Origin: Planctomycetota bacterium
GTDB lineage: Bacteria; Planctomycetota; UBA11346
DNA length: 38,726 nt
Assembly (NCBI GenBank): GCA_038213805.1
Contig: JBBQSO010000049.1
Coordinates: 1 to 38,726 of the forward strand
Direction: 5' to 3'
Part shown: positions 8,752 through 20,188 of the stretch, piece after piece
How the letters are laid out: each line of letters begins with the position of its first letter
Position numbering within the stretch: position 1 is the stretch's first letter
Notes under the pieces: model-generated
Seen by the model: the letters and a program-made list of their open reading frames with translations, nothing else
What the model was told of the DNA's origin: nothing
The model's database searches: none
Translations under genes and position numbers: made by a program

Positions 8752-11700
8752 GGCCGGTCCCTGACGCATCCTGCGCCGGCTGAGCCATCAGGGCCACCAA
8801 CCGGCGGGTGCCGGCCGGCAGCACCACCAGCCCGTCGTCCGCTGCGCCGCTCTCGCCGATGCGCAGCTGCGGGCTGTCGCCGAACTGGACGCCGGCAGGC
8901 GAGCGCTGCATGGCCGGCACCTTGCCAGCCAGCGCCTCGACCCCCACAGGCCAGGCGGTTTGTACAGCGATGACACCACGCTCGATGTCGATAGCGAGCA
9001 CGCCGCCAGGGCCGGAGAGCCAGGCCAGGCGACCGGCGCAGGACCCGGACAGCCACGGCGTGGTCGCTGTCGCGCCGAACACATTTTCCGTGTCCGGGGC
9101 GTCTGAAGTCGGCGGCGCAGCACCCAGCAGCGCGCAATCCACGGCGGCGATCACTTCCCCGGACCTGGTGAGGTCGACGATGCTGACGGTGGTGCCGTTG
9201 ATGATCACCAGACGCGCTCCGCATGCGCCAAGAACGCTGCCGGTCGGCAGGCTGGTAGAACGCAATGGCATGGCCAAGGGCACGGCCAGCGATCCGCTGC
9301 CGTCACCCACCACCAGATGCCCAGCCGCCAGGATGGCGGTGGCCTGGGGAGAGCGCAACCGCCCAATCGCCACGTGGTACCAGGCATCGCTGCCAGCCGA
9401 TACGGCGGGTTGGCCGTAGAAGCCCCGGTTTCCGTAGCCAACGAAGTATCCCCGTCTGCCATTCCAGCCGGAATTCCTGACGACTAGCGGCGTCGGCGTT
9501 GCCGCCTTGGTCAGCGCCGGGCGGCGTGCGGTCAGCTGCGCGGTGGTGAACTCCCAGCGCACGGCACCGCTGGCACCATCGAGCAGCGCGGCATGCCGGC
9601 CCATGGCCAGAACCGTGTCGCCGTCGACCCTCAGCGCGCTGGCGGCGTGCTGGTGGTCGAATTCGGGCACCGCGCGGCGCCAGCGCAGACGCCCGTCATT
9701 GACAGCGAAGCCCATGGCGATGCCGCTGCGGTCATCCCAGGCCACCACCAGCCCCGCGCAGGCCACCACGTGCTGCGCAGCGATCAGCGTGGATGACCAC
9801 AGGAGGGCGCCATCGCCAACCCGGAAGGCGTCGAGCCGATCACCGCGGCACAGCACGACCACGCCGTCCTGCACGGCCGGGCGCACGGCGCAACGGAACT
9901 GGCCCTCGCTCTGCTCCTGCTCATTGAACATCGACTGGCTGATGGTGCGACCGGCCAGCACCCAGCGGCGGCGTCCGCTCGCACGCTCGATGCCCACGAC
10001 TTCGCCATCGGCGCACGCCACCACCACGATGTCGCCGGACAGCCACACGCCGTCGAGCGCGGCGCTGAATCCGGCGCTCCAGGCGATCGTCCAGGGCGGG
10101 AGCGGTGAGCGCCCTGCCGCAGCCGGCTGGAGGTGCGGCAGTGGCTGGGCGAAGCGCGCGCGCACCGCCGCGACGGTGGTCTTCAGGCCATCCGGAAACA
10201 CCACCTCGTCAGGATCGGGGGCGACGGCGGTGCTGGCGGTGCTGGCGGTGCTGGCAGCGGGCGCCGCGTCGGCAGCCGGCGCCGTGCGGTCGACCTGCAT
10301 ATGGGCGAGCTCCTCCAGCACCTGGTCGCGCGCGGCATCGCGGCCGAGCTGGTGCAGGGCCATGGCGCGGGCCACCGCTGACCAGCGCCGCGCGGCACCA
10401 TCCATGGTGACGGTCTCGGCCTGGTCGAGCAGCCCAAGCATGCCCGGCCAGTCGCCGGCGGCGGCCAACGCGCTTGCCGAGCGCCAGCACGAATCGGCCA
10501 GCCGCCGGCCGAGATCGCTGCGTACCGCGGGCGCCAGTTCGAGGTTCTCGACGCCCGCGAGCAGGTGGCGGATGGCATTGCGCAGGGCGTCCTCGTCGCC
10601 ACTCGCGGCGAGCCCCTCCAGCCAATCCTCCCAATGCAGCGCGACGGCCGGCTCCAGCGCGGTCAGCCGTTGCAGGCAGGCGAGCAGGCGTTCCTGGTCG
10701 CCGGCGGACTGGAAGACCTTGCGCATGCGTTCGACCAGGGCCGCGTCAGCGACCTGGTCGACCTGGACGTTCGCCAGGGCCCGGGCCACGCCCGCGGCGT
10801 CGAAACCGCGCTGGCTGTCGGGCTCGACGCCCTGCAGCGCTGCGCGCGCGCGGCATTCGTCAGCCAGCGCGGGATCCTCGACGGCAAGCAGGCGCAGCTG
10901 TTCGGGGATGCGCTCGCGCGCGTCTGGCAGCCGTTCGCTGAGGGCCACCAGGCGGCGGCGCAGCGCAGCGCGCGCGCTGGCCGGCAGCTGCGGGTCGGCC
11001 AGTGTGGCGCTCAGGGCCTGCACGGCGGGTGCCGCGCGATCACGGGTGGCGCAGGTCTCGGCGAAGGCCAGCAGGCGTTCGCCCTTGAGCGGCGTCCACG
11101 CGCCGGCCGCGCCGCCCTCATCCTTCTGCAGGCGCTGCCGCTCGGCGTCCAGCCACGCCGCGTCGCGTTCGCTGCCGGCGGCCTCGACGGCGGCCTCGAG
11201 CCACAGCCGGTAGCGCGCCGGGGTGTCGGTCAGGGCGCGCGCCGCATCGGCGTGGCGCGCGGCCGCCGCGACGTCGCCAGCACGCGCCTCGAGGTTGATG
11301 GCCTGGACGCGCAGTTCGAAGAAGCCCGGATCCACGGCGAGACGCGCCGCGATGGCGCGCTCCGCGGCGCGGTACTGACGCTCGCGCATCATCAACTGCA
11401 CCGCCTCAAGGACCTGCTCCGGCGCAGCGCCGGCGGGCAGGTCCCGGTCGAGCAGTTCCTCGGCGCGGCCACGGTTGCCCGCAGCCAACCAGGTCTCGGC
11501 CAGCTCACGCAGCAGCTCGACGCGCCCCGGTGCGGCGGCCACCAGGAGCTCGAGCACCTGGGCCGCGTCGCCGCTGCGGCCGTCACGGCGCAGGTCGCGG
11601 GCCAGGGCGAGCAGGCGCTCGGCGCGCTCACCGGCCGGCAGCGCCGCGCTGGTGCGTTCGCGCAGTGCGCGCGCCTCGTCGCCCTTGCCCAGCTCGAACA

Positions 11701-12837
11701 GCGTGCGCACCCTGCGCATGGCCAGGTCCGCGCGTGACGGATCGGCGGTAAGGGCTGCGGCCAGCCAGGCGTCGAGGCCCTGGGGATCGTGCAGCCGCGC
11801 GTGCAGGGCGAGCACCTCCTGCTCGATGCGCGGACTGCGGCCGGCCGTGGACAGCACGCCAAGCGCCTCGCGCCGCCGATCCGCGACCAGCAGCAGACGC
11901 GCATAATCCAGCACCGCGCCCTCATCGTCGGGTGCGGCCACATGGCGCAGGCGCGCGCCTTCGATGAGCGCAAGGCGCTCGTGCTCGTCGCCGGCCAGTT
12001 CCAGGCGCCGGCGCGTGAGTTCGGCGCGGCGCCAGTGCTCGACGCCAAGCCGCGCGAGCAGCGCATCGAGACGCTGCGCGGCAGCCTCGCGCCGCCCCAG
12101 TCCCGCTTCGACCGCGGCGGCCTCGACCTGGACGTCGACCGCGACGTCGGGCGGTGGATTGGCCGCGGCGGCTGCGGTGAGGGTCTGCAAGGCGATCTCG
12201 GCGAGCCCGGCCTGGGCCTGGCGCCGGGCGATCGTCAGCTTGCCGGCGGCGCTGGCCTCGGCTGCCGCCGCGTGCACCAGCAGGTTCTCGGCGAGGTCGC
12301 GGCGACCGCTCTTCAGCGCCTCGGTCACCAATCGCTCGGCCCATTGATTGTGGCGCCAGGTCACGGTCTCGAGCGCCACCGCCTGGGCCAGCGCGTCCAC
12401 CGCTTGGGCGTCGTGGCGTTCGCTGAGCGCCTGGAACAACAGCCAGTGCAGGTACGCATGATCGGGGAAGCCCTGCACCGCCTGGCGGGCCGCGGCCAGC
12501 GCGCCGGGATCGCGCACCGCCAGCAGCAGGCGCACCAGCACGACCGTCGCCGAAGCGTCCTGCGGATAGCTGGCGAGATGGGCGCGGTAGATACCGACCA
12601 GCTCGGCGGCGTGGTTGTCGCGCCGGAACGCTTCCACGAGCTGGGTGAGCGGCGCCTCCAGGGTCGGATCTTCGTGCAGGGCGCTGCGCTGGGGCAAGGT
12701 CGACTGCAACAGATCCTCGGCGGCGAGCGGCCGGGCGAGCGCGCCGAGCAGCGCCGGGACGATCAGCAGGGCGAGCGCCACGCGAGGGCGGCCGACGCGA
12801 TTCCGCGCGGCGCATGATCCAACGCTGCGCGAACGGT

Positions 12838-12841
<4 letters not shown>
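8741..12841 (-). CDS. Large secreted TPR-repeat protein with a C-terminal PQQ-like beta-propeller
   Basis: ATG 12841 overlaps the MoxR stop (ATGA). Signal-peptide-like ALALLIVPALLGALARPLAA, ~1000 aa of TPR-like helical repeats, then propeller motifs (IERASGRRRW, RVGDGALLW, AVNDGRLRW, LDGASGAVRW). 1366 aa. Confidence 0.8.
10226..10255. repeat. In-frame 9-bp tandem repeat (GGCGGTGCT x3) encoding a Ser-Thr-Ala linker
   Basis: ggcggtgct ggcggtgct ggcggtgct ggc, giving PAASTASTASTAVAP between the TPR and propeller regions. Confidence 0.85.
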
Positions 12842-13902
<1,061 letters not shown>

Positions 13903-13912
13903 GGTGATCTCG

Positions 13913-15610
13913 TCAATGTTCGAGTTGGCGGCGGAGCAGGGAGAAGTAGGCCTTCACCTGCTCGCGGCGGGCGGCAGGCAGCGGATCGGCGTCTAGGGCG
14001 CGCTCCTCGGCGTCGACCAGGGCGAGCGGCGTGGCCTCAGCGGCGAGCGCCGAGCCTTCCTGGTGAGCCTGCCCGGCGACCTGGCGCTGCTCGCTCTCAC
14101 CGTTGCCCTTCGCGGCGTCCACGGTGCTGGTCGCGGTGGCGGCGCGCGCGGTGGTGGGCGCCTGGTTGGCATCGCTGTGGCCGTGGCCCGCGCGCGAGCC
14201 GCCGGGAACACTGGCCAGGGCCAACCCGGCGGCGGCCATGCCTGTACCGGGCACCGGGATCCCGCCATCGGCTCCGCTGGCGCCGGCGGCGCCGGCGGCG
14301 CCCGCCGCAGGAGCGCTCCCGGGCACCGGGATGTTGGCGGCGTGCCCACCTGGCGGTGGGTTGCCGACGGCCCGGCGCGCCACGCCACCGGGTGGCGGTT
14401 GCTGACCGGCGCGGGCGGACGGCGGGATGCGGAGCGGTGGCAGATTGGAAAGGGTCAGTGTGCGCGCATCGCCCGGCGCGGCCGGGGCCAGCATGCGGCC
14501 ACCGCTGGCGCGCAGGCGATCGGCGAGCGCTCCGACCTGGCGTCCCGCGAGCTGGCGCTGGCCGGCGCGCGCGAGCTGGGCGCCAAGCTTCTGGAAGCTG
14601 GCGCCCGCTGCGCGGTGATCATTCGCCTGCAGCGCGGCGTTGGCCGCGGCGATCGCCTGCCCGGTCGGCGAACGGTCGCCGCTGGCCGCGGCGCGCTCCA
14701 GCGCCTGGGCGAGGCGGCGCTGCTCATCCAGGGTGAGGTCCTGGCGATCGAGCTGCTTGGCCAGGGCATCGGCCTCCGTAGCGGCCTTGATCAGGTCGGC
14801 GGCCTTCAGCGCGGCGGCGAGTTCGGCGGTGTCGGCGTGCCGCTCGAGCTCGGCGAGCAGGGCGGCGGAGGCGGCCTGGGTGTCATTGAGCAACGCGGCC
14901 AGTTCCTCGGCGCGCCGCGCCAGCTGATCAAGTTCGCGCAGCGCCTCGGGTCGGCCGAGGCCCTCCTCCTTGGCTTTCTCCTGGGCCTCGCGGATGCGCT
15001 TGCGCAACTCCTCGAGCTTGGCCTTTTCGGCCTGATCAAGTGCCGCGTCCGGTAAGCGCTCGGCGGCGCGCGCGACCTCGGCGGCCTGCGCGGCGAGGCG
15101 TTCGCGCGCTGCCCGGTCGAGTGGCACCCCGCCCGCAACCGGCGTCAGCGTGCCCGAACCGACCAGCAGCAGCGCGGCGAGCGGCGCGATCAGGCCCAGT
15201 GGTGGCACGCGCAGCGGCAGGATGCGCGACAGCTCGGCCCGCCATGCCGGCATCTGGGCGAGGGTCAGGTCGAGGTGGGCGCGGGCAAAACGGCCGGCGT
15301 CATCCCGCTGGCTGAAATCCCAGGCATTGAGCAGCGCGTCGTCGAGCCCCGCTGCGCGATCCCACGCGGCGAGCGCCGCCGCCAGCGAGGGCCGTCCGCG
15401 CCACACCCAGATCGCGGAGCCGAGCAGCCATCCCCCCACGGCCCACGCCACCCACGCCGGAACGCCCACGCCGGCGCAGCGCACCAGCACGGCCAGCGCC
15501 ACGGCGGCGAGGATCCACCAGGTGGCGGCCCGCTGCAGGCGCAGCCAGGCGCCGATCAGCAGCCTGCGCTGCGCGGCGAACGCCGCGGCACGAAGCGGGG
15601 TAGCGCCCAC
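13913..15610 (-). CDS. Membrane-anchored coiled-coil protein with a Gly/Ala-rich tail (MoxR-cluster accessory, DUF4175-like architecture)
   Basis: GTG 15610. Two N-terminal TMs, AAWDRAAGLDDALLNAWDF, a third TM, coiled coil, G/A/P-rich region and C-terminal LPAARREQVKAYFSLL. Confidence 0.75.
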   Translation of the reverse strand: MGATPLRAAAFAAQRRLLIGAWLRLQRAATWWILAAVALAVLVRCAGVGVPAWVAWAVGGWLLGSAIWVWRGRPSLAAALAAWDRAAGLDDALLNAWDFSQRDDAGRFARAHLDLTLAQMPAWRAELSRILPLRVPPLGLIAPLAALLLVGSGTLTPVAGGVPLDRAARERLAAQAAEVARAAERLPDAALDQAEKAKLEELRKRIREAQEKAKEEGLGRPEALRELDQLARRAEELAALLNDTQAASAALLAELERHADTAELAAALKAADLIKAATEADALAKQLDRQDLTLDEQRRLAQALERAAASGDRSPTGQAIAAANAALQANDHRAAGASFQKLGAQLARAGQRQLAGRQVGALADRLRASGGRMLAPAAPGDARTLTLSNLPPLRIPPSARAGQQPPPGGVARRAVGNPPPGGHAANIPVPGSAPAAGAAGAAGASGADGGIPVPGTGMAAAGLALASVPGGSRAGHGHSDANQAPTTARAATATSTVDAAKGNGESEQRQVAGQAHQEGSALAAEATPLALVDAEERALDADPLPAARREQVKAYFSLLRRQLEH

Positions 15611-15649
15611 GTCAGCGCCGCCACGCCTGTGGAAGACCAGCGTGGCGGC

Positions 15650-17659
15650 TCATTTCAGCTCCTGCATCACTTGTTCGAGGCGCGCCTTGATCTCGGGATC
15701 GGTGGCGGTGCGCAGCGCCTCGTCGACATCCAGGCGGACGACCTCGCCGAGGTGGACCAGGGATTTGACCGCGCCCTCGCGCTTCGCCCAGTCGCGCTCG
15801 CCGAGCAGCGCCACCAGTTCGGCGATGCGTGCGCGCGTGGCCGGCGCGATCACCGGCGTCGGCACCTGCGCCTCGATCAGGTCCGAAGCTGGCACCAGCA
15901 GCCGGCCGCCAGCGCTGCGCAACGGGATCAGCACCTCCTCGATCAGGCCTTCGACCACGTCTCCGGTCCACAGTTCGAGGCGCACGCGCGGCTGGCGCGG
16001 CTGCCAGCCCTCGACCTCGTCGATGAGATTGGTCAGGCGGCGGATCTGCGCAGGCGGCACCGGTAGGCGGTTGCCTTCGAGACGCAGGTGCAGCTCGGGC
16101 AGGTCGATGGTGCCCGCCAGCACCTGCCCACCGATCAGCTGCAGCCAGGGAGCGCGCTGGATCTCGGGTTCGCGGGTCTCGTCGGCGCTCGCCTTGCGCT
16201 CGCCGAGGAGACCCATGACCGACGCCATCTCGATGTGGCGCGTGCCGGTCAAGCGAGTCTCGATCGCAATCGTGCCGCCGCTGCAGAAGGCGGTGAAGTG
16301 GCTGCCGTCGCGTAAGCTGATCTGGCTGCCGCCGCTTTCGGCCGGGGCCAGGGTGGCGATGTCCTCCAGGCGCAGTTCGAGGCTGCCCCACACCATGGCG
16401 CAGTGCAGGCGGCTGCTGCCGGGGCGGCCGACCAGGCGCTGATGATCGGCGGTCTCAACCAGCACCTCGCCCGGCGGCAGGCCTTCGCCGGCCTGGGGAC
16501 GGCGCAGCAGCCAGCCGACGCGCCCCGCATTCAGGGAGATGGTCTGACCGGTGGCGAGCGCGAAGGTGCAGGCCGCTTCGGGATCAACGCCGGTTAAGAC
16601 CGCGCCATCGCGCAGGAAGACGCGCGGTGCGGCACCACCGGCCAGCGCCATGACCTCATTCCACGGGATGCGGTGGCGCTGCTCGGCCACCTTCACCGAA
16701 AGATCGCCGCTGGCGGCGTCGCCGCGCAGGCGCGTGCCCGCACCCAGGGCCAGGAGGTCGCTGTCGTCGCCGCGCGCTTCGACCAGGGCCTCGGGAATGG
16801 CCGAAGCCAGTCCAGCGTCGTCGCTGCTGGGTGCGGCCCCACCAGCACCACCGGTGTTGGCGATCAGGTGGCGCAGGCCGGGCGCCAGATCAGCGACGAA
16901 CGCGGCCTGGCGCCACGGCTTGAGGACATTGCGCAGGGCGGCGGGGGTGGTCACCCCGGAGCGTTCGCTCATGCAGTGGACCAGCGCCAGCGCCCGTCCC
17001 GCCGGGATGGTCAGCGTCCAGGTCACCATCACCTGGTTGTTGTTGACCATGACGGTCGGCTTGAGTTTGCTGCGCGGCGAGCACAGCCCGAGTACGACGT
17101 CGCGACCTCCGCTATTCGGTTGGCCCAGGATCACCACCGCGCCATCCTTCGCACCGAGTGGCCCCGGCACGAAGGGGCCATTCTCGCCGACGAGCTGCAA
17201 CGCGCCCGAATTGAACTAGGAGCGATAGGTCAGGATGGTCGACACCGGCGCTGTGCCGGTATTGTGCACGATGTCGACCCACCGCACCGCGCCGGCTTTG
17301 GGCATGCTGCGCGCGCGCCGGATGACGGTGAAGCCGCCGGTGCCGTTGCCGGACTGGACCACGCTGGTCAGCACCAGTTCACTGCCGTCGGCGCTCTGCT
17401 GAGCCTGCGCCTGGGCGTTGAACTGGCTGCGCTGATCGATGATCATCATATTGAGATTGTTGAAGGTGTTGCCATCGATGGCGCCGGAATTATCGAACTG
17501 CCAAGAGCCGCCTTGGCCATCGGTCAGGGCGTTGTTGGTGGCGGGCACCAGCTTGGCAGGCAGGAAGTCGGCCGGCTTGACCGCCTCACCGGCGATGATC
17601 ACGCCGGAGACGAGCAGGAGCAGGATTAGCGGGAATGGCAAGCGGCAGCGCGGCATCAC
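15650..17659 (-). pseudogene. Secreted protein paralogous to the upstream gene, interrupted by a single in-frame TAG at 17216-17218 (nonsense allele, read-through or sequencing error)
   Basis: ORFs 17216-17659 and 15650-17200 share one frame: ...TILTYRS*FNSGALQLVGENG.... Signal peptide at the N-terminus, similarity to 17656-19731 continuing across the stop, and a HEAT-like C-terminus (LGERDWAKREGAVKSL). Confidence 0.75.
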
Positions 17660-19731
17660 TTGGGCTCCAGGACTTTTTCGACTTCGCCCGCGTCTTCGCC
17701 TTTCAGTTGGACCTCTTCATCGGCGGCCGGCGTCGCATCGGCGGCCGGCGTCGCATCGACGGCCGGCGTCGCATCGACGGCCGGGAAGCCGTTGCCGGTC
17801 GGCCCGGCGGGGTCAATAGGAGCGCCAGGCGCGGCCGGCGTCCCCGCTGCTGGCGGGTCACCAAACGTCTGGGAATGGGCCGGCCGTTTCCCGGATGCGG
17901 GTGGCGTTTTCCCTGGGGCCTCGGACTCGGGCTTGGTTTCGGGTTCGATCTCGGGTGGGGCCTTGATCTTCCACGACAGGATGCGCTCTGCCGGCACGCG
18001 GAAGGTCCAGCCACCAGCCACGAAACCTACCGTGCCGTCGGCCGGCAGGCCGACCAGGCGGCTGCCATCCTTCAGCACCAGCGCCAGGCCGGGGCCGTCT
18101 TCCGGCCGTTCGATGGCGGCGATGCGCTCACACGGCACGGCGCTGTCCTTGCCGCCGGCGCGCAGCACCAGGGTCGCCCCGGCCAGGCCGCCGGCCAGGC
18201 GGTCGCCATTGGCGAGCTGCGCCCCATCGTCGGGCGGGTCATCGCTCGACAGCTTGGTGACGGCCCGGCGATACGAGATCAAGGTACCCACCGCCACCGG
18301 GATGGTGCCGAAACGGCTGGTCAGCACCTGCAGCTCGCTGGTTTCCGGCACCGCGCGCAGGCTCGAGCCATCGTCGCAGGTCACCAACCATGCCGGGGTC
18401 GGCTCGACCACGCGGGTGATGTGCGCGATACGCGCGAGCGGCAATTCGACGTGGCCCCACACGCAGGTCAGGGCCAGGGGTGCCGCCAGGCCGGTGACAC
18501 CCAGGCGCGTGCCGTCGACTTCTTCGAGGATGCCGACCAGCCCGGCCGGTGGCACCAGATCGGCGCGGCGCGGACGGGTCGCCATCCACAGCATGTGCAC
18601 GGGATCCACCGGCAGCGATACTCCGGCCTCGGAATCCAGGGCGAGGCTGCCGGCGATGCGCGTTGCCGCCAGGCTCTCACCGCTGCGCAGGTGCAGGATC
18701 GCGGTCGGATCGCCGCCTTCGCCGCCGGCGAGCTCGTCGACCGTCACCGTCACCGCGCCCTGGGGCGTGGTCACGGTCAGCGGCCCGCCGCTCAGCTGGC
18801 CGCGCATGCGTTCGGCCTCGGAGCGACCGACCCCGACCAGGTCCATGGCGCCGGCGTCATCGACGCCGGCGCGTTCCAGCAGCTGGGCGATGGCGGGCAG
18901 GCGGGTGAGCTCGTCGTCCTCGTCCACGCCGGCGACCGCGCCGACGGAGTGGAAGTTCACCACCTGGCGCATCAGCGCCGGCGCCAGCTCGGGCTTGATC
19001 AGACTGGCCTTCCACAACGTCTTCACCGCATCAGCCACCTGGGTCGCCTGCATGCCGCTGCGCTGCAGGACGTAGTGGTAGATGACGCGGGTCTGTTTTG
19101 GCGCCAGGTTGACCGACCAGGTGACCTGGTAGGTGCGATTCTGCTGGACGGAGATCTGCGGTGGGCTGGCCGACTTGGCCTCGCCAAGGATCCAGATCAC
19201 CGTCGGGCGCTGCGGATTCTGGATGGCGGCGATGCCGACGCAGCCCTTGGGCAGGGCGGCCCCGTTGCATGGCTTGCCGTCGCTCCACACCGTCCCCTGG
19301 CAGTTGTTACCGAGGTTGCTGGTCATCAAGAGGGTGACGCTCTGCTTGGTCGCCCCGGTGTTGACGAGCACCTCGGCGTAGCGCAGCGCATTGCGGGCCA
19401 CCATGCGGATCCGCCGCGTCACCGACACGTTCTCCTGCGGCTGGCAGGTGATCACCCATTCGGCGTTGTCCGCGGTCTTCATGAACCCTTGCGGTCCGAA
19501 GGGGCGACCATTGACCTGCAGCACTTCGCCGCTGTCGAAGCAGTCGTTGGTGCCGTCGGCGACTTGGCCGTCGCGCTGCACATCCCACCTCATGCCCAGA
19601 CTGTCGGTGGCCGGATTGTTGTTGGCCGGGATCAGCTTTTCTTCGGCGGCGCCCAAAGGCCCACATCCCAGGCAGACTAGCACCAGCCCGGCCAGGGAGC
19701 GGCGAACGGTACAACAGGATACCATGCTCAT
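17656..19731 (-). CDS. Secreted hypothetical protein, first gene of the MoxR/VWA operon
   Basis: ATG 19731 (or 19725). Signal-peptide-like RRSLAGLVLVCLGCGPLGA, repeated LxxGxxLxG beta modules and a Pro/Ala/Asp-rich tail. Stop overlaps the next start. About 691 aa. Confidence 0.8.
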   Translation of the reverse strand: MSMVSCCTVRRSLAGLVLVCLGCGPLGAAEEKLIPANNNPATDSLGMRWDVQRDGQVADGTNDCFDSGEVLQVNGRPFGPQGFMKTADNAEWVITCQPQENVSVTRRIRMVARNALRYAEVLVNTGATKQSVTLLMTSNLGNNCQGTVWSDGKPCNGAALPKGCVGIAAIQNPQRPTVIWILGEAKSASPPQISVQQNRTYQVTWSVNLAPKQTRVIYHYVLQRSGMQATQVADAVKTLWKASLIKPELAPALMRQVVNFHSVGAVAGVDEDDELTRLPAIAQLLERAGVDDAGAMDLVGVGRSEAERMRGQLSGGPLTVTTPQGAVTVTVDELAGGEGGDPTAILHLRSGESLAATRIAGSLALDSEAGVSLPVDPVHMLWMATRPRRADLVPPAGLVGILEEVDGTRLGVTGLAAPLALTCVWGHVELPLARIAHITRVVEPTPAWLVTCDDGSSLRAVPETSELQVLTSRFGTIPVAVGTLISYRRAVTKLSSDDPPDDGAQLANGDRLAGGLAGATLVLRAGGKDSAVPCERIAAIERPEDGPGLALVLKDGSRLVGLPADGTVGFVAGGWTFRVPAERILSWKIKAPPEIEPETKPESEAPGKTPPASGKRPAHSQTFGDPPAAGTPAAPGAPIDPAGPTGNGFPAVDATPAVDATPAADATPAADEEVQLKGEDAGEVEKVLEPK
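17718..17784. repeat. In-frame 18-bp tandem repeat (~3.7 copies) encoding PA(V/A)DAT
   Basis: catcggcggccggcgtcg x2, catcgacggccggcgtcg, catcgacggccgg. Confidence 0.9.
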
Positions 19732-19799
19732 GACGAACCGTCCGCTGGTGGGATGAACGTGTGTGTGCCCGGTTAACGCAGGGTCCGAGCCGCGGTGCG

Positions 19800-19828
19800 A
19801 AGGTAATCGATCCGCCGCCGCACGCCAA
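19800..19828 (-). promoter_or_regulatory. Candidate sigma70-type promoter for the MoxR/VWA operon
   Basis: Minus strand TTGGCG-N17-TACCTT, about 70 bp upstream of ATG 19731. Confidence 0.4.
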
Positions 19829-20188
19829 TTCCTAATCACCCCTGCGTCAGCCCCGGCGAGTGCGACGCCGCCGGGAGGGACGGGAAGGGGCGGGAAGGCG
19901 GCACCGGGGCGCTTGCGGCCAGGACCCGGACCGGCGCGACCCCACTAGACACTGCCACCGCCCGTCAGCTGATACGTGCTGCCGCGGATGCAGCTCGACC
20001 ACCTGCGGCGCAAACTGGCAGGCTGGACGACCTCACCAGCACCCTTCAGACTTGCCCCGCATGAAAGCCAAGGCTGATCAGCGCCTGTCAGGAGCTCGGC
20101 ACCAGTCGCCGAGAGCCGGAACACGCTGGACTCGCTGAACCAACCCGCTGTGCGGGCGCTGGCCAGGCGAACGTCACGTCAAAACAAC

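Noticed and set aside
4994..8973. Long plus-strand ORFs (524, 694 and 852 aa) opposite the VWA/DUF58 genes
   Set aside because: R/A/S/P-rich antisense shadow frames expected at this GC content. They have no motifs and the opposite strand carries recognisable genes.
17718..17784. Possible CRISPR array or other repeat-spacer array
   Set aside because: The repeats are contiguous with no spacers and are in-frame coding. No repeat-spacer array or cas gene was seen anywhere in the window.
19776..19847. 8-bp inverted repeat (ACGCAGGG/CCCTGCGT) flanking the candidate operon promoter, as an invertible switch
   Set aside because: Too short to exceed chance at this GC content, and no recombinase is nearby.
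19850..20188. Riboswitch or small gene upstream of the MoxR operon
   Set aside because: I could not recognise any riboswitch consensus, and the short ORFs lack codon bias and motifs.
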